In this document: piece by piece, positions 36,256-46,665 of the stretch
Position numbering within the stretch: the stretch's first letter is position 1
Layout: each line of letters starts with the position of its first letter
Assembly (NCBI GenBank): GCA_002633005.1
Contig: NMRA01000769.1
Span: forward strand, 93,991 to 157,990
DNA length: 64,000 nt
Direction of reading: 5' to 3'
DNA from: Phoronis australis
Lineage: Eukaryota > Animalia > Phoronida
Position numbers and translations under genes: made by a program
Notes under the pieces: generated by a model
What the model was told of the DNA's origin: nothing
The model's input: the letters and a program-made list of their open reading frames with translations, nothing else
Database searches by the model: none

Positions 36256-37275
36256 ATGGAAACAATGGAACAAGAACATTCATGGAATGCCTCTAACTAC
36301 AGCGACAGTTTCACAGAGGAACAATGGATGCCTGTAGTATATTCACTTGTGGACGCACTGCTCTTCATGGTTATCTGTGGAGGTAATTTGTTGGTGATCG
36401 TTGCCTATCATCGCTCAAGTAGACTTAAAACTGTGACCAACTTCTTCATAGTGCACTTAGCCTATGCTGACCTCTGTGTTGGCGCCACCTTACCTTTCCA
36501 CATTGCCACTTTCCTGTCCAAAGAATTCCTGAAGAATTTCATGGTATGTCTGCTACGCTACGTTGTCGTCATTGTGTCAGTATCCCAGTCTGTCATGACA
36601 TTGCTGCTCATGACGATTGACCGATACGTCATCATTGAGAAACCTTTTGAGCATGACCACATCATGTCACCAGCCAAGACTCGTCTAGCGGTCACTCTGA
36701 CGTGGCTGATAGCAGTGGTGTTAGGCTTTGTATCACCCATGCTGTGGAACAATGGACCAACGTCATACCATGCAAACGCATGTCACCTGACAATAATCCT
36801 CACTAAACAATACCTGTGGATAGTTCTTTTTCCAAGCTTCCTGGTCTGTGCATTGATCATCATCATTTTGTATGCCTTACTCTTCAAGACAGCACGAGAG
36901 AAGATGAGGCAGTCAATGATGACAAACCCTAACCATCAACAGTTCAAGTCAGACATGAAGACGTCCAAGACAGTCGGTATGGTACTCGGTTTCTTTGTCA
37001 TGTGCTGGCTGCCCTTCATGGTGATAACCGGCTTCGAGACATTCGGCAGCACTGATTTGAACCAAGCCATGGCCATCGATCACAGCCGAGGGTTTGTTAA
37101 CCTGATGGTTGTACTTAATTCTGGACTCAACCCATTCATCTACGCTTTCAGAATGAGAGACTTCAAGAAAGAGTTCAAAAGAATGCTCAGGTGTCCCAAG
37201 AAAATAGGAGCCTCATCAGCATCTATGCATGCTTCTAACTCTGGCCACGCAGACCGACACACCAGGCCTGACTAA
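36256..37275 (+). CDS. Class A (rhodopsin-family) GPCR, adenosine-receptor-like/orphan, nested antisense in NCKIPSD intron 3
   Basis: 339-aa ORF with seven hydrophobic helices and motifs GN (TM1), LAYADL (TM2), IDRY (TM3), W (TM4), CWLPF (TM6) and NSGLNPFIY (TM7). N-terminal sequons NAS/NYS. Cys in TM3 and ECL2. Confidence 0.95.
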   Translation: METMEQEHSWNASNYSDSFTEEQWMPVVYSLVDALLFMVICGGNLLVIVAYHRSSRLKTVTNFFIVHLAYADLCVGATLPFHIATFLSKEFLKNFMVCLLRYVVVIVSVSQSVMTLLLMTIDRYVIIEKPFEHDHIMSPAKTRLAVTLTWLIAVVLGFVSPMLWNNGPTSYHANACHLTIILTKQYLWIVLFPSFLVCALIIIILYALLFKTAREKMRQSMMTNPNHQQFKSDMKTSKTVGMVLGFFVMCWLPFMVITGFETFGSTDLNQAMAIDHSRGFVNLMVVLNSGLNPFIYAFRMRDFKKEFKRMLRCPKKIGASSASMHASNSGHADRHTRPD

Positions 37276-38839
37276 ATACGGGCTCAATGACAAATTATTA
37301 TTGAAACTTATTCAATGAGAGGGCAGCGATAGTTCACACTTTGCACTCTCAATGGCAGCACAAACTAAGATTTATCAATGATGTGATGAGCTGAAGCACC
37401 CGAAAAGTTGGTCGGGCATTTTACAACTGCTAGACTTCAACAATTGTAGCTTGATAATATGTTTGGGGTGAAATTCATTCTACTGTCACTAAGAAATGTT
37501 TGTGTTGACTTTTCTTTTATTACCAGTTCCTATAGTTTAAGTAGTGAACTGATTGGAAAGAAATGTTTTTCTGGGTCTCTAGAGTGGCTATGGAACTGCT
37601 TTCCATTACAAAAACTAAGTTTCGATTTGAGTCACTTTATGATATTTGCCCTCGAGTCGATTTGGGATTGGAAAGAAGTGACAGCTGATCATTGCTTGAG
37701 ACCAGTCACTTACAGTCACAAGCAATAACAAACAAACAATTTACTCACTGTTCAGAAACCATGTCTCTAAGGAGCATGTAAACCAGTTTTATAGCGGTAA
37801 GCGGTCTAAAATAAAGGTTAATTTCTTTGACTGCAGTTTTAAGTTAGAGGGAAGGTATTATTTAATAACAATTTTTTATGAGGACACGACTTCGGGATTA
37901 CAGAATGGCTCCATTTATCATGACACCAAATTAAAGTAACTGAGTCAGTAAGAACAGCAGAAGTCATTATTAAACCGACAACATATTATTTGAATGGAGG
38001 TGGGAAGGCGGTCAATAAAAGTCCACATCAGGCACAGTCATTGAACTAGTGCAGTCTTGCATTAAACTCAGACATGGCTCACGCAACAGACATGTACATT
38101 GTATGTAATGAACAGAATATTCACCAGAGGGAGCTGTACATGTAAGCATCAAAATTATACAAATCCAATGTAACTAACAGTGACCACTACATAATAGAGA
38201 AATGTAACAAACCTTCGTCTTCATTACGTGCTACCACAACAGCTTTGCTTTTTGAATAAGGAGGTTCGTCTCAAAGACATGTTTCTCTAATGTGAGGTAC
38301 TACACAGTACATTGTAAAACATATCACTTTAATTTGTGAGATTTTGCAAAGTGTTTAACTATATGATGCAATAGATGTACTATCAGATGTCGTCTAATTA
38401 GTTGTAGAAATGATCCATTTTGCCATCATGCCTCACTTTATACAGGAGTCAGTAAACACTACAGGCAGAGCTTGTGAATAGATCAGTATTATCATGAATA
38501 TGTAACAGTAGAACCTGTAGACCAGGATTTCTGTTGACCAGAGACGTTGGCCATGCACTTGTGGCGAAAAATCTCTGCTTTTGGAATGGGAACAGTGAAT
38601 TTGACATTCCAAGCTCACCGAACAATCACTTCTGTCAGTGGTCACCATATTGCTAAGTTACGCTAGTAAAGTATTGAGCTAATTAAAAGTTAGATTCTGT
38701 AAGTTCTAGTGTGATCACACTCTCTTCATTTAAGAAACTTGGTCTGCAAAATGCACTCCTGCTGTATATAGTGCAAGTGAACAGAAACTTTTGATATATT
38801 GTAGATCAGAGACAGCAAATTTGAAGATGATTACGTCAA

Positions 38840-39210
38840 CTACGTCTGACACCATGCTACACTAGTACACGTACTGTCAACACCAGGCTACACTACCACA
38901 CATACTATAAACACTAGGTTACACTAACACACATACTGTCAACACCAGGTTACACTAACACACATACTGTCAACACCAGGTTACACTAACACACATACTG
39001 TCAACACCAAGCTACACTACCACACATACTGTCAACACCAAGCTACACTACCACACATACTGTCAACACCAGGTTACACTAACACACATACTGTCAACAC
39101 CAGGTTACACAAACATACATACTGTTAACACTATGTTACACTAGCACACATACTGTCAACACTAGGTTACACTAACACACAAACTGTCAACACCAGGCTA
39201 CACTAGCACA
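38840..39210. repeat. 31-bp minisatellite, about 12 copies
   Basis: tactgtcaacaccaggttacactaacacaca repeated. Confidence 0.95.
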
Positions 39211-39226
39211 TTTCCTCGACCCTCAC

Positions 39227-39309
39227 CAGCCTTCACAGTATCGCTCTTTTTTCCAGCCTCTTCACCTCGTTGCTCTTTCACCACTGCTTGTCTGTGTTTG
39301 ATGAGCTTT
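39227..39309 (-). CDS. NCKIPSD: NCKIPSD coding exon 3 (not in the ORF track)
   Basis: (Q)KLIKHRQAVVKEQRGEEAGKKSDTVKA; ttttag acceptor, gtgagg donor; phase 2 to 1 fits both neighbours. Confidence 0.85.
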
Positions 39310-40058
39310 CTAAAAAGAAACAAAACAAAACATTCTGTTCTGATTTCAACTATGACTCTTAGTTATTTCAACTTAATTGTGATTAACACCAAGGACTTGA
39401 GGCTGAAAAAATTCAGTCAAAACTGTCGCATGTGAAAGTAAAACTTTTTGGCAATTAAATGTGAGAATCCAGAAGACGGACACAAATGCTGTGAAGGTAA
39501 CAGGTAAGCAGAGTATGTACAAAACATACAGGTCAGCACCCAAAAAAACGACCTTGGACCAGGGGCAGGTTGCCTTCACAAGTCTTGGACCAGGGGCAGG
39601 TTGCCTTCACAAGTGTGGTGACAGACCTCCCATCATCACCTTCGTCCACTTTATTACAGCCATATCCACAGCAAGGGAATGCTACATGTTTTGTGCACAC
39701 AAAAACAGCCTTAACATTAGTCTATGAAGTTGGCAAGGGCATATTCAGTAACTGTATCTCTTAAGTACGATGTCTAGCTTTTTAATTTTTAAAATGACCG
39801 AATTTCAAGCACTATACAAGTCACAGTCCGTAGTGAACATTGGCAGCTGGCAACTTCAGGCTTATCTTTAATCTAGTTTCAAATCCTGTGTTTGCAAGCT
39901 TCAAATAATCTTCAACTTTAACATGAACGTCTGCCCATGGACCTCCTGCACATGTCTAGAAGTATACATTTAAGGAAACCTAAACTCTAACTCGCATTGC
40001 ATTGTGGACAATTTTCCTCAAGTTCTGGCTATGTGCAAGCGTTTTATATCAAACTTAC

Positions 40059-40168
40059 TGGAGATTCTCTCGCTCTTGGTGTGTGTAGTGACCACCAGAG
40101 TTCACCGCTTGAAGGTGAATTGCTTCTATGGCCCCGTCAATAGAGCGCAGCACTTCACAGTGTTCAGC
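40059..40168 (-). CDS. NCKIPSD: NCKIPSD coding exon 2 (not in the ORF track)
   Basis: AEHCEVLRSIDGAIEAIHLQAVNSGGHYTHQERENL(Q), resembling vertebrate VLQAIDRAIEAVH; gtaagt donor. Confidence 0.9.
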
Positions 40169-40757
40169 CTATAACAGCGCAGGTGAAAAAAAATCAAACA
40201 AGGATAGCAAATGATGTAAAAAATGCATACAGTAACATTTGTAACCAATCAGCTATTTGCACTGACATTAACTTGGTAATGCAAGCTCCACAATGAGTGA
40301 TCCATGTCTGTGTGTCCATAAATTGACCATCCTCAGACTGACTGTCAACAGAGGAACCGTCATGAACAGTCAGCCCACAGATATGTAAACATGGACTTGA
40401 AATCAGACTGTTATTGTGCAGGTCACCAACATGTCAAGGAGCAATATGACATCATAAAATGCAGCAGCATGTGATTGGCTACTTCTTGCTGAAGTGCTGG
40501 TAATAATGGTCATCACAAGAAGAAAGCAATGTAATGTGTATTTAATAGCAAAAATGAACAGGTGTTGGGTAAATTAAATTTTGGATAGACATGCGTATGG
40601 AGCATAAGTTATCAGTATTTCAAAGTTGTACAGGGAACCTTTTCTTTTAATTTTACTGTTCTTACATATTGTCCACGATGACCGCACATGGTCATGGGTA
40701 ACACAACTGGAGGGCTAAGTTAAAGTGAACAGAAAACAACTATCATTGTGAGGTCTA

Positions 40758-41607
40758 TGAGGTGACATCCAAAAGGTCTGGTAATTTGAAAATAGATCAA
40801 GGTGACTAAATTTTGACAGACTTGGTACCTTTCGATGTCTCCTTCAAAATAGTCCCCCTTGGTATGTACACAATTATTCCAGCTTTTCTTTGCATTTCTG
40901 ATACTCTGTTGTCATAATGAAGGACCCAGTCTACGTTTTCCCACTGTTCTGATCGTTTGCGACAAATGCTCTCCCTATTAAGTTATTTCAAAACTTCGCA
41001 GCAAAACTCCCCATCAACAGTTTATTTATGAGGAATGAATTCCTTGTGAACAATGCCCTGCAAGTTGAAAATGCAATGACATGGACTCTTCGGTCTCAAT
41101 GAACCATGCGACTCAATTCCAACAACTGTTTCTTAGTCGTGCAGTCATAGCTGTATATTCACCAGTCAATCATAAGACCATATGCGCTGAACACTCCAGT
41201 TCTGTAGTGTTTTGCTTGTCAAAGACCTCCCCAAAGCTAATAATCAACAAAATTTCAACCCTCCTTCAAACCTCCATACCACACATACAGCCTGTTTTGG
41301 CATGTTATGATTTCACAATGTTTTCTAGAGGTGTCAATATGTTGCAGTTGCAGTCTTGTCAATGTTGAAATCAAAATCTGAGATGCACATTCGATGCACC
41401 TGTAAATCAGCCATTGGAAAATCGCCAATTACGTCAAAGATACCTGGTTAAACATCCAAGGTCCTTGATGCATATGCATCATGTGAATTACCACACGTAG
41501 ACATTCGAGAAGGGTGGCACTTATTGAAACAGTCAGACCATGAATTTTTCACTCAATTGTGTTTGCTCGCAACATTAAAATTACTGTAAGTCTTGGGTAG
41601 CACCTCA
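40758..41607 (-). mobile_element. Internally deleted, decayed mariner (Tc1/mariner) transposon
   Basis: Flanked by TA on both sides, with termini tgaggtg / cacctca. The - strand reads WNNCVHTKGDYFEGD (mariner C-terminus) at about 40835-40880, with HTH-like remnants at about 41220-41390. Confidence 0.75.
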
Positions 41608-41697
41608 TAATCGAAGTTTCATTCTTAGAGAGCTAAGCAGGGTGAAACACGGCCAGTCCGTTTCAACTGTACAAGATTCTTGAAGCATTATACTTAC

Positions 41698-41865
41698 AAC
41701 ATCTTTTACTAAATATGTGACTGGCACATAACCCAGCTCTCCAAATCCGTTCTGAACAGTCCACCAATCAGAGGTCTTCCTTTCAAGTACAGTGAAACGA
41801 TCTCCTGCTTTGAACCCAAGAGTGCCTTCATATGCAGACTCCAAGTCATAAAGAGCACGATACAT
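41698..41865 (-). CDS. NCKIPSD: NCKIPSD coding exon 1 (SH3 domain)
   Basis: MYRALYDLESAYEGTLGFKAGDRFTVLERKTSDWWTVQNGFGELGYVPVTYL is an SH3 domain starting MYRALY, as in SPIN90/WISH. Donor gtaagt. An upstream acceptor near 41897 implies a 5' UTR exon further upstream. Confidence 0.95.
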
Positions 41866-41959
41866 CTTGTTCACTCGTCACAAAGGAAGTCACTTCCTGC
41901 AAAAATCATTAAAATGGAAGAAAACATCAAATTTTGTACCCATGAATGTTCGTACTAGA

Positions 41960-42065
41960 CAGATAAAATTTCAGTCTAAAACTGGTGAATAAAACTTACT
42001 AAAATTAGCGACGTCGCCAATTTTAGTAAGTTTTATTCCAGTATTAGACTGAAATTGTACCTGTT
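41960..42065. repeat. ~105-bp imperfect palindrome (foldback/MITE)
   Basis: aatttcagtctaa..aataaaacttactaaaatt|gcgacgtcgc|aattttagtaagttttatt..ttagactgaaatt. Confidence 0.85.
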
Positions 42066-42550
42066 TTCTCAACTGGATGTCTCAAAATTTCCATGCTTTT
42101 TTCGTACTAGACACTTTTAAAACCTTATTACACTCATTAGAATTAATCACTTGGCAAAAATTGTTTAATGGGCCACGAATGCAGGAACATACCTCAACTC
42201 AATGTACTCCCTTCATACGAGCTGACATGGGCAATACTGTAAAATTTTGTAGATCGGCAAAAACATCAGGATTGAAAACATTCACTTGCCTAGTGTACCG
42301 ATCACACCACAATTTTCTGCCCAACGCATTGAATAAAATGGTAATTAAGCAGACTGAAAGCTGTAACCAGCTCAGTAATATCAACTCTGCAAATGTGTGG
42401 TTCAGATTTTTCACAGCCAGATTTTCTATTAAAGTAAGTATGCCTATCAAATGGTTCACGTTATGCAGTTCACAAAACTGACAACAGAACCCTAAGTACT
42501 TTCAAAAAAATTTCTGGCACTCACTTTTCAAAGCCTATGCCGTGTATATT

Positions 42551-42646
42551 CATTTTAAAGTTCATGAAAATGATTTTAATCATTTTCATGAACTTTAAAA
42601 TGGAAAGTTCTATTGTTCGATTAAAATCGAACAATAGAACTTTCCA
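42551..42646. repeat. Two abutting perfect hairpins (25-bp and 22-bp arms, 2-nt loops)
   Basis: cattttaaagttcatgaaaatgatt-tt-aatcattttcatgaactttaaaatg and tggaaagttctattgttcgatt-aa-aatcgaacaatagaactttcca. Confidence 0.9.
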
Positions 42647-44653
42647 GAAAGAGATCATGGGACACACCCTTTTATTGGCGTTAAGCCAGCAATCCCAAAA
42701 TAAGGAAATACAACAGACACCAGAATTCTTAACCGAAAATTTTCAATCCCAGGTCTCTTCTGTATGATCTTTTATTGAAAAATATTATCCTTAGGTATAT
42801 CACCGAGGAGAATACCAGGCTTAAATTTTCCACTTATATGCAGAATACGGCAGATTTGGCACTGCTATATTTGTGCCAGGATATACAATATTTTGAGTAT
42901 TGGACTTTTGTAACATGTAACATGCCCAATTTACGTCCCGGAAACCCCTCCAACACCTCATTAACAATAACTAGCGTTTGAGCACTGTAAAACTTAAAAC
43001 CAGATAGTGCTTTGAAGCGTGCTGGACACGTTTTCATTATGGCCTGACACAACAAGTTTTTAATCTATGGTATTATGTCCCCGATCTTCCTTAGCAGATC
43101 CATCTGCGAATATATCGCCACTGTTTTGTCCAGTAGTCCCCTGTGGAACCATAATAGGAGGGTCACCATCATAAGTCGACACGTCTTTAAGAACATAACT
43201 CCAGTATACGCCATAACTGAAGAAGGGAGTATTGTGTACACCATAAAACGGGAAAACAAAATTAGTGGAAATCTGGCAAGGTTTCCAATTTCACCACGAT
43301 GTGATTACCTGCTGCTTGACCTTTGATCGGAGTTAGACAATGAATGACCCCAATTGAAGGTCAAGCTGCAGCCAATATCACAGCGATAGACACATGCCGC
43401 ACATCATTTAGAGACGAGAATGCAAACCTTGCTATAAATTACAGGGATTTCACGTTCTTGTGTAATTGCACAAACACTATGGTACGTACTCCCTGTTTAC
43501 AAGAGTAGACTACTTGAAGCCAATGAAGGACCGAATAAGCTGGGCAAGGGACTTATGAAGACATTCACTGTCGTTTGATCACCCATCGAAGGATCAAACC
43601 ATTCACTGAAGTCTACATGGGTTGCCTGGTCATGTCTGGAATCCTTGAATCCCTGCACTAAACGGGGTGTGGTCAGAGACAGGCCGCAGAGAGGATCTTT
43701 TGACTGTTCACTCGCCTGACTTTGGAGAATAATCGGTTGCCAGCCACGCCGAGAGAGGAAGCAGTAATACTGAGTAATAGTACAGACGTGGTACCGCAGT
43801 GCAGCAGGTACTGTCGGGACCCGTTCTTCACACTTTTACCATAGGCATAATATCCTGTCGGGATAAAGACTCAAGACAAGACTCTGACAGTCTGACAATG
43901 AACAGGGACTGTGCGCCATGCCCATAGCCTATGGCCCTATGGGCATGCCGTGGCTGAGCCGACGTAAAAAGACTTGCCTGAATGCGGTAAGGAGTGTTAT
44001 ACGAAACTAACACTGATTTTGAGAAGTAGGCAACCACTGAAAAACGGACCCGTTCTCCAACAGAAAAATGGTTAGACCTTTCAATCAAATTCAGCAAATC
44101 GCATGACAAGACTCGATGTTCGCAGAACACTACTGCAAGACATGGAGTTCATACAAAGACGCCCTCTGGTGGTCAATCAATATTTAGCTTTGGAACCTGG
44201 CGCAATCCGCTCCGGAGTGCCCGGCGGAATCAGATCAGCACCCTGCCAGTTTGCAGGCGTCAGACAACAATACTAATTTTTGGCGACCTCGAGCATGAGC
44301 TGTAGGGGGGGTGGGGGGCACTGATACCTACTGAGTCGTTTTGGGCGTCCGCTCGTTGGAACTTGAAGGAGGGCTCGGGCTGACGGTCCCAGCCATAAAT
44401 TCGCCTCGGTCAATTATTCACCATGACAATTAGAAAACATTCAAAAACGACTGAGAAAATCACAAAGCGATCACCGGGCATTAGGCCTATCAAAACACGG
44501 TCCAATGTAGGCCTATAACTAAAAACGTGAGGTAGGCTATAAAGAGACAACGGGTGAAAAAGAATATCAGTTAAAAACAAAATGTTTAAAAGCTTGAAGA
44601 CTACGGTTTGCTGCTCAGACAAATACGATGTTACCGATAGCGGTTTCACGCCT

Positions 44654-46665
44654 GAGTGGCGGATATATAGGATAACACAATTAAGGAGGGGGGCAACATT
44701 TTGTCTGTAAACATTTGCTCAAAGCACGATTGTAGATACGCATAGCACCGAATGGGGGAGGTCGGGACTAGGGGGGTTTGTCCCCCTCCTGCCCAGGAAA
44801 TTTTTCTGCTTCTTCCTCTAAAAATCAAGCATTTTCCTTGATTTCCGAAGTATTATCCCAGTGGCGGATCTAGGATATCACAAGGGGGGGGGGCCCAACA
44901 TTTTGTCCGGCTGCAAGCATTTGCGTAAAGTCAACCACAATTGTAGATGCGCATAGCATCGAATGGGGGGAGGTCGGGAGGGAGGTTTACCCCCCTCCCG
45001 CCCAGGAAATTTTTCTGTTTTTACCTCTAAAAATCAAACATTTTCCTTGATTCCTGAAGTATTATCCAAGAAAAAAAGCAAAAAAAAACGGAGATCGTGT
45101 CAAACAGGAAAAAGTGCAAATTCCGAAGATTCGAACACACGATCTGGCGGTCTGAGCGCACGTGCATAACCACTACACCACTACGAACCAACTATTAACC
45201 ATTCACTAAGAGACCTACTCGTTTATGGTCCACAGCGTTTGCGCGCGAAACCTACTTCTTTTTGTAATACTTATTACACGTTTTAAATTTTGTTCCATCA
45301 ATTTTAGCAAATTTGTCGTATTTAAAATAGTCTTCAAATGCCCAAAAGACCAAATCCGTCTTTCGTGTTGGCAATAATGACGGGATTGCTTTAGAAATCG
45401 TCCTAAGAATAAGATAAGTTTTGACAAAGAGAGTATTGAGAGTTTCTGAGTGATTCACTAAGGCTTCGATTAAAGTTCACATCTTACCAGCAGCCTCTGT
45501 TTTTTCATCGTCACTCAGGTCCCATTTATTTAAAAAATGAAGTAAATTTTCTTCATTGCACAGTGGAGCAGACGACGGAACAGGAGTCGTAGTGCGCAGC
45601 GCCACTGCCGGTCGCCTGGGATATCGCGGGAGAGCCTATACTTAGCCATAGTTCCGTTACGAATGCGCCGTGTTCAGAATTTGACACTTGAAATTAGATT
45701 TGAGCCCCCCCCCCCACCCCCCAACACTAAAACTGCACACATTTAAATTTTTTTTCATCCGCATAATTTTAATTAACGGGGTTTACTCAACATTTCCCTA
45801 CGCTCTTACTGTTTTATTTTTTCAAGTTTGCGGCAGCCAAGAGGGGGGGGGGGGGGCCGGGCCCCCTGGGCCCCCCCTAAATCCGCCTATGTATCCAAGA
45901 AAAAAAAACGCAAAAAACAAAACACGGAGAAAGTGTCCGACAGGAAAAACTGCAAGTACCAGACTCGACCTGGCGGATAAACCCGCATGCTTTACCACTG
46001 CACCACCACTCCTAATTTGATACTAAGAGACCTAATTGTTTATGGTCCACAGCGTTTGCTCGCGAAACCTCCTTCTTTTTGTAATGCTTATTACATGTTT
46101 TATATTTTGTGCAATAAGTTCGTAACAAATTTGTTGTATTTAAAATAGTTTTCGATTGCCCAAAAGACCAAATCCGTTTTTTGTCTTGGCAATAATGACG
46201 CGATTGCTTTGGAAATCGTCTTAAGTTAAGGTTTAACAAAGAGAGAATTATGAGTTTCTGAGGCTTCGATTAAAATTGACATCTTACCAGCAGCTTCTGT
46301 TTTTTCATCATCACTCAGATTCCATTTTCTTTAAAAAACGAAGTAATTTTCTTCATTGCAAAGTGGAGCAGACGACAGAAGCGGAGTCGTAGTGCCCAGC
46401 GCCACTGTCGGTTGCCTGGGATATCGCGGGAGAGCCTATACTTAGCCATAATTCCGTTACGATTGCGCCGTGTTCCAAATTTGACACTTGAAATGTATCT
46501 GAGCCCCCCCCCCAAACACTAAAACTGCACACATGTAAATCTTTTTTCAGCCGTATAGTTTTAATTACCGGGGTTAATTAATAAACTCAACATTTCCCTG
46601 CGCTCTTGCTCAGAAGCCAAGGGGGAGGGGGAGCGGGCCCCCTGCCCCCCCTAAATCCGCCTATG
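44654..46665. mobile_element. Older copy of the ~1-kb hAT-like element, split by a younger copy
   Basis: 44654-44858 and 45892-46665 join into one family copy ending in ctaaatccgcctatg. Confidence 0.85.
44859..45891. mobile_element. Full-length (1033 bp) hAT-like element with 5-bp TSD
   Basis: Termini cagtggcggatctag / ctaaatccgcctatg. TSD tatcc (44854-44858, 45892-45896). Confidence 0.92.

Noticed and set aside
36256-37275. Naming the GPCR as a specific receptor (ADORA, octopamine, histamine)
   Set aside because: There is no TM3 Asp for amines, and adenosine-receptor orthology cannot be established without a phylogeny.
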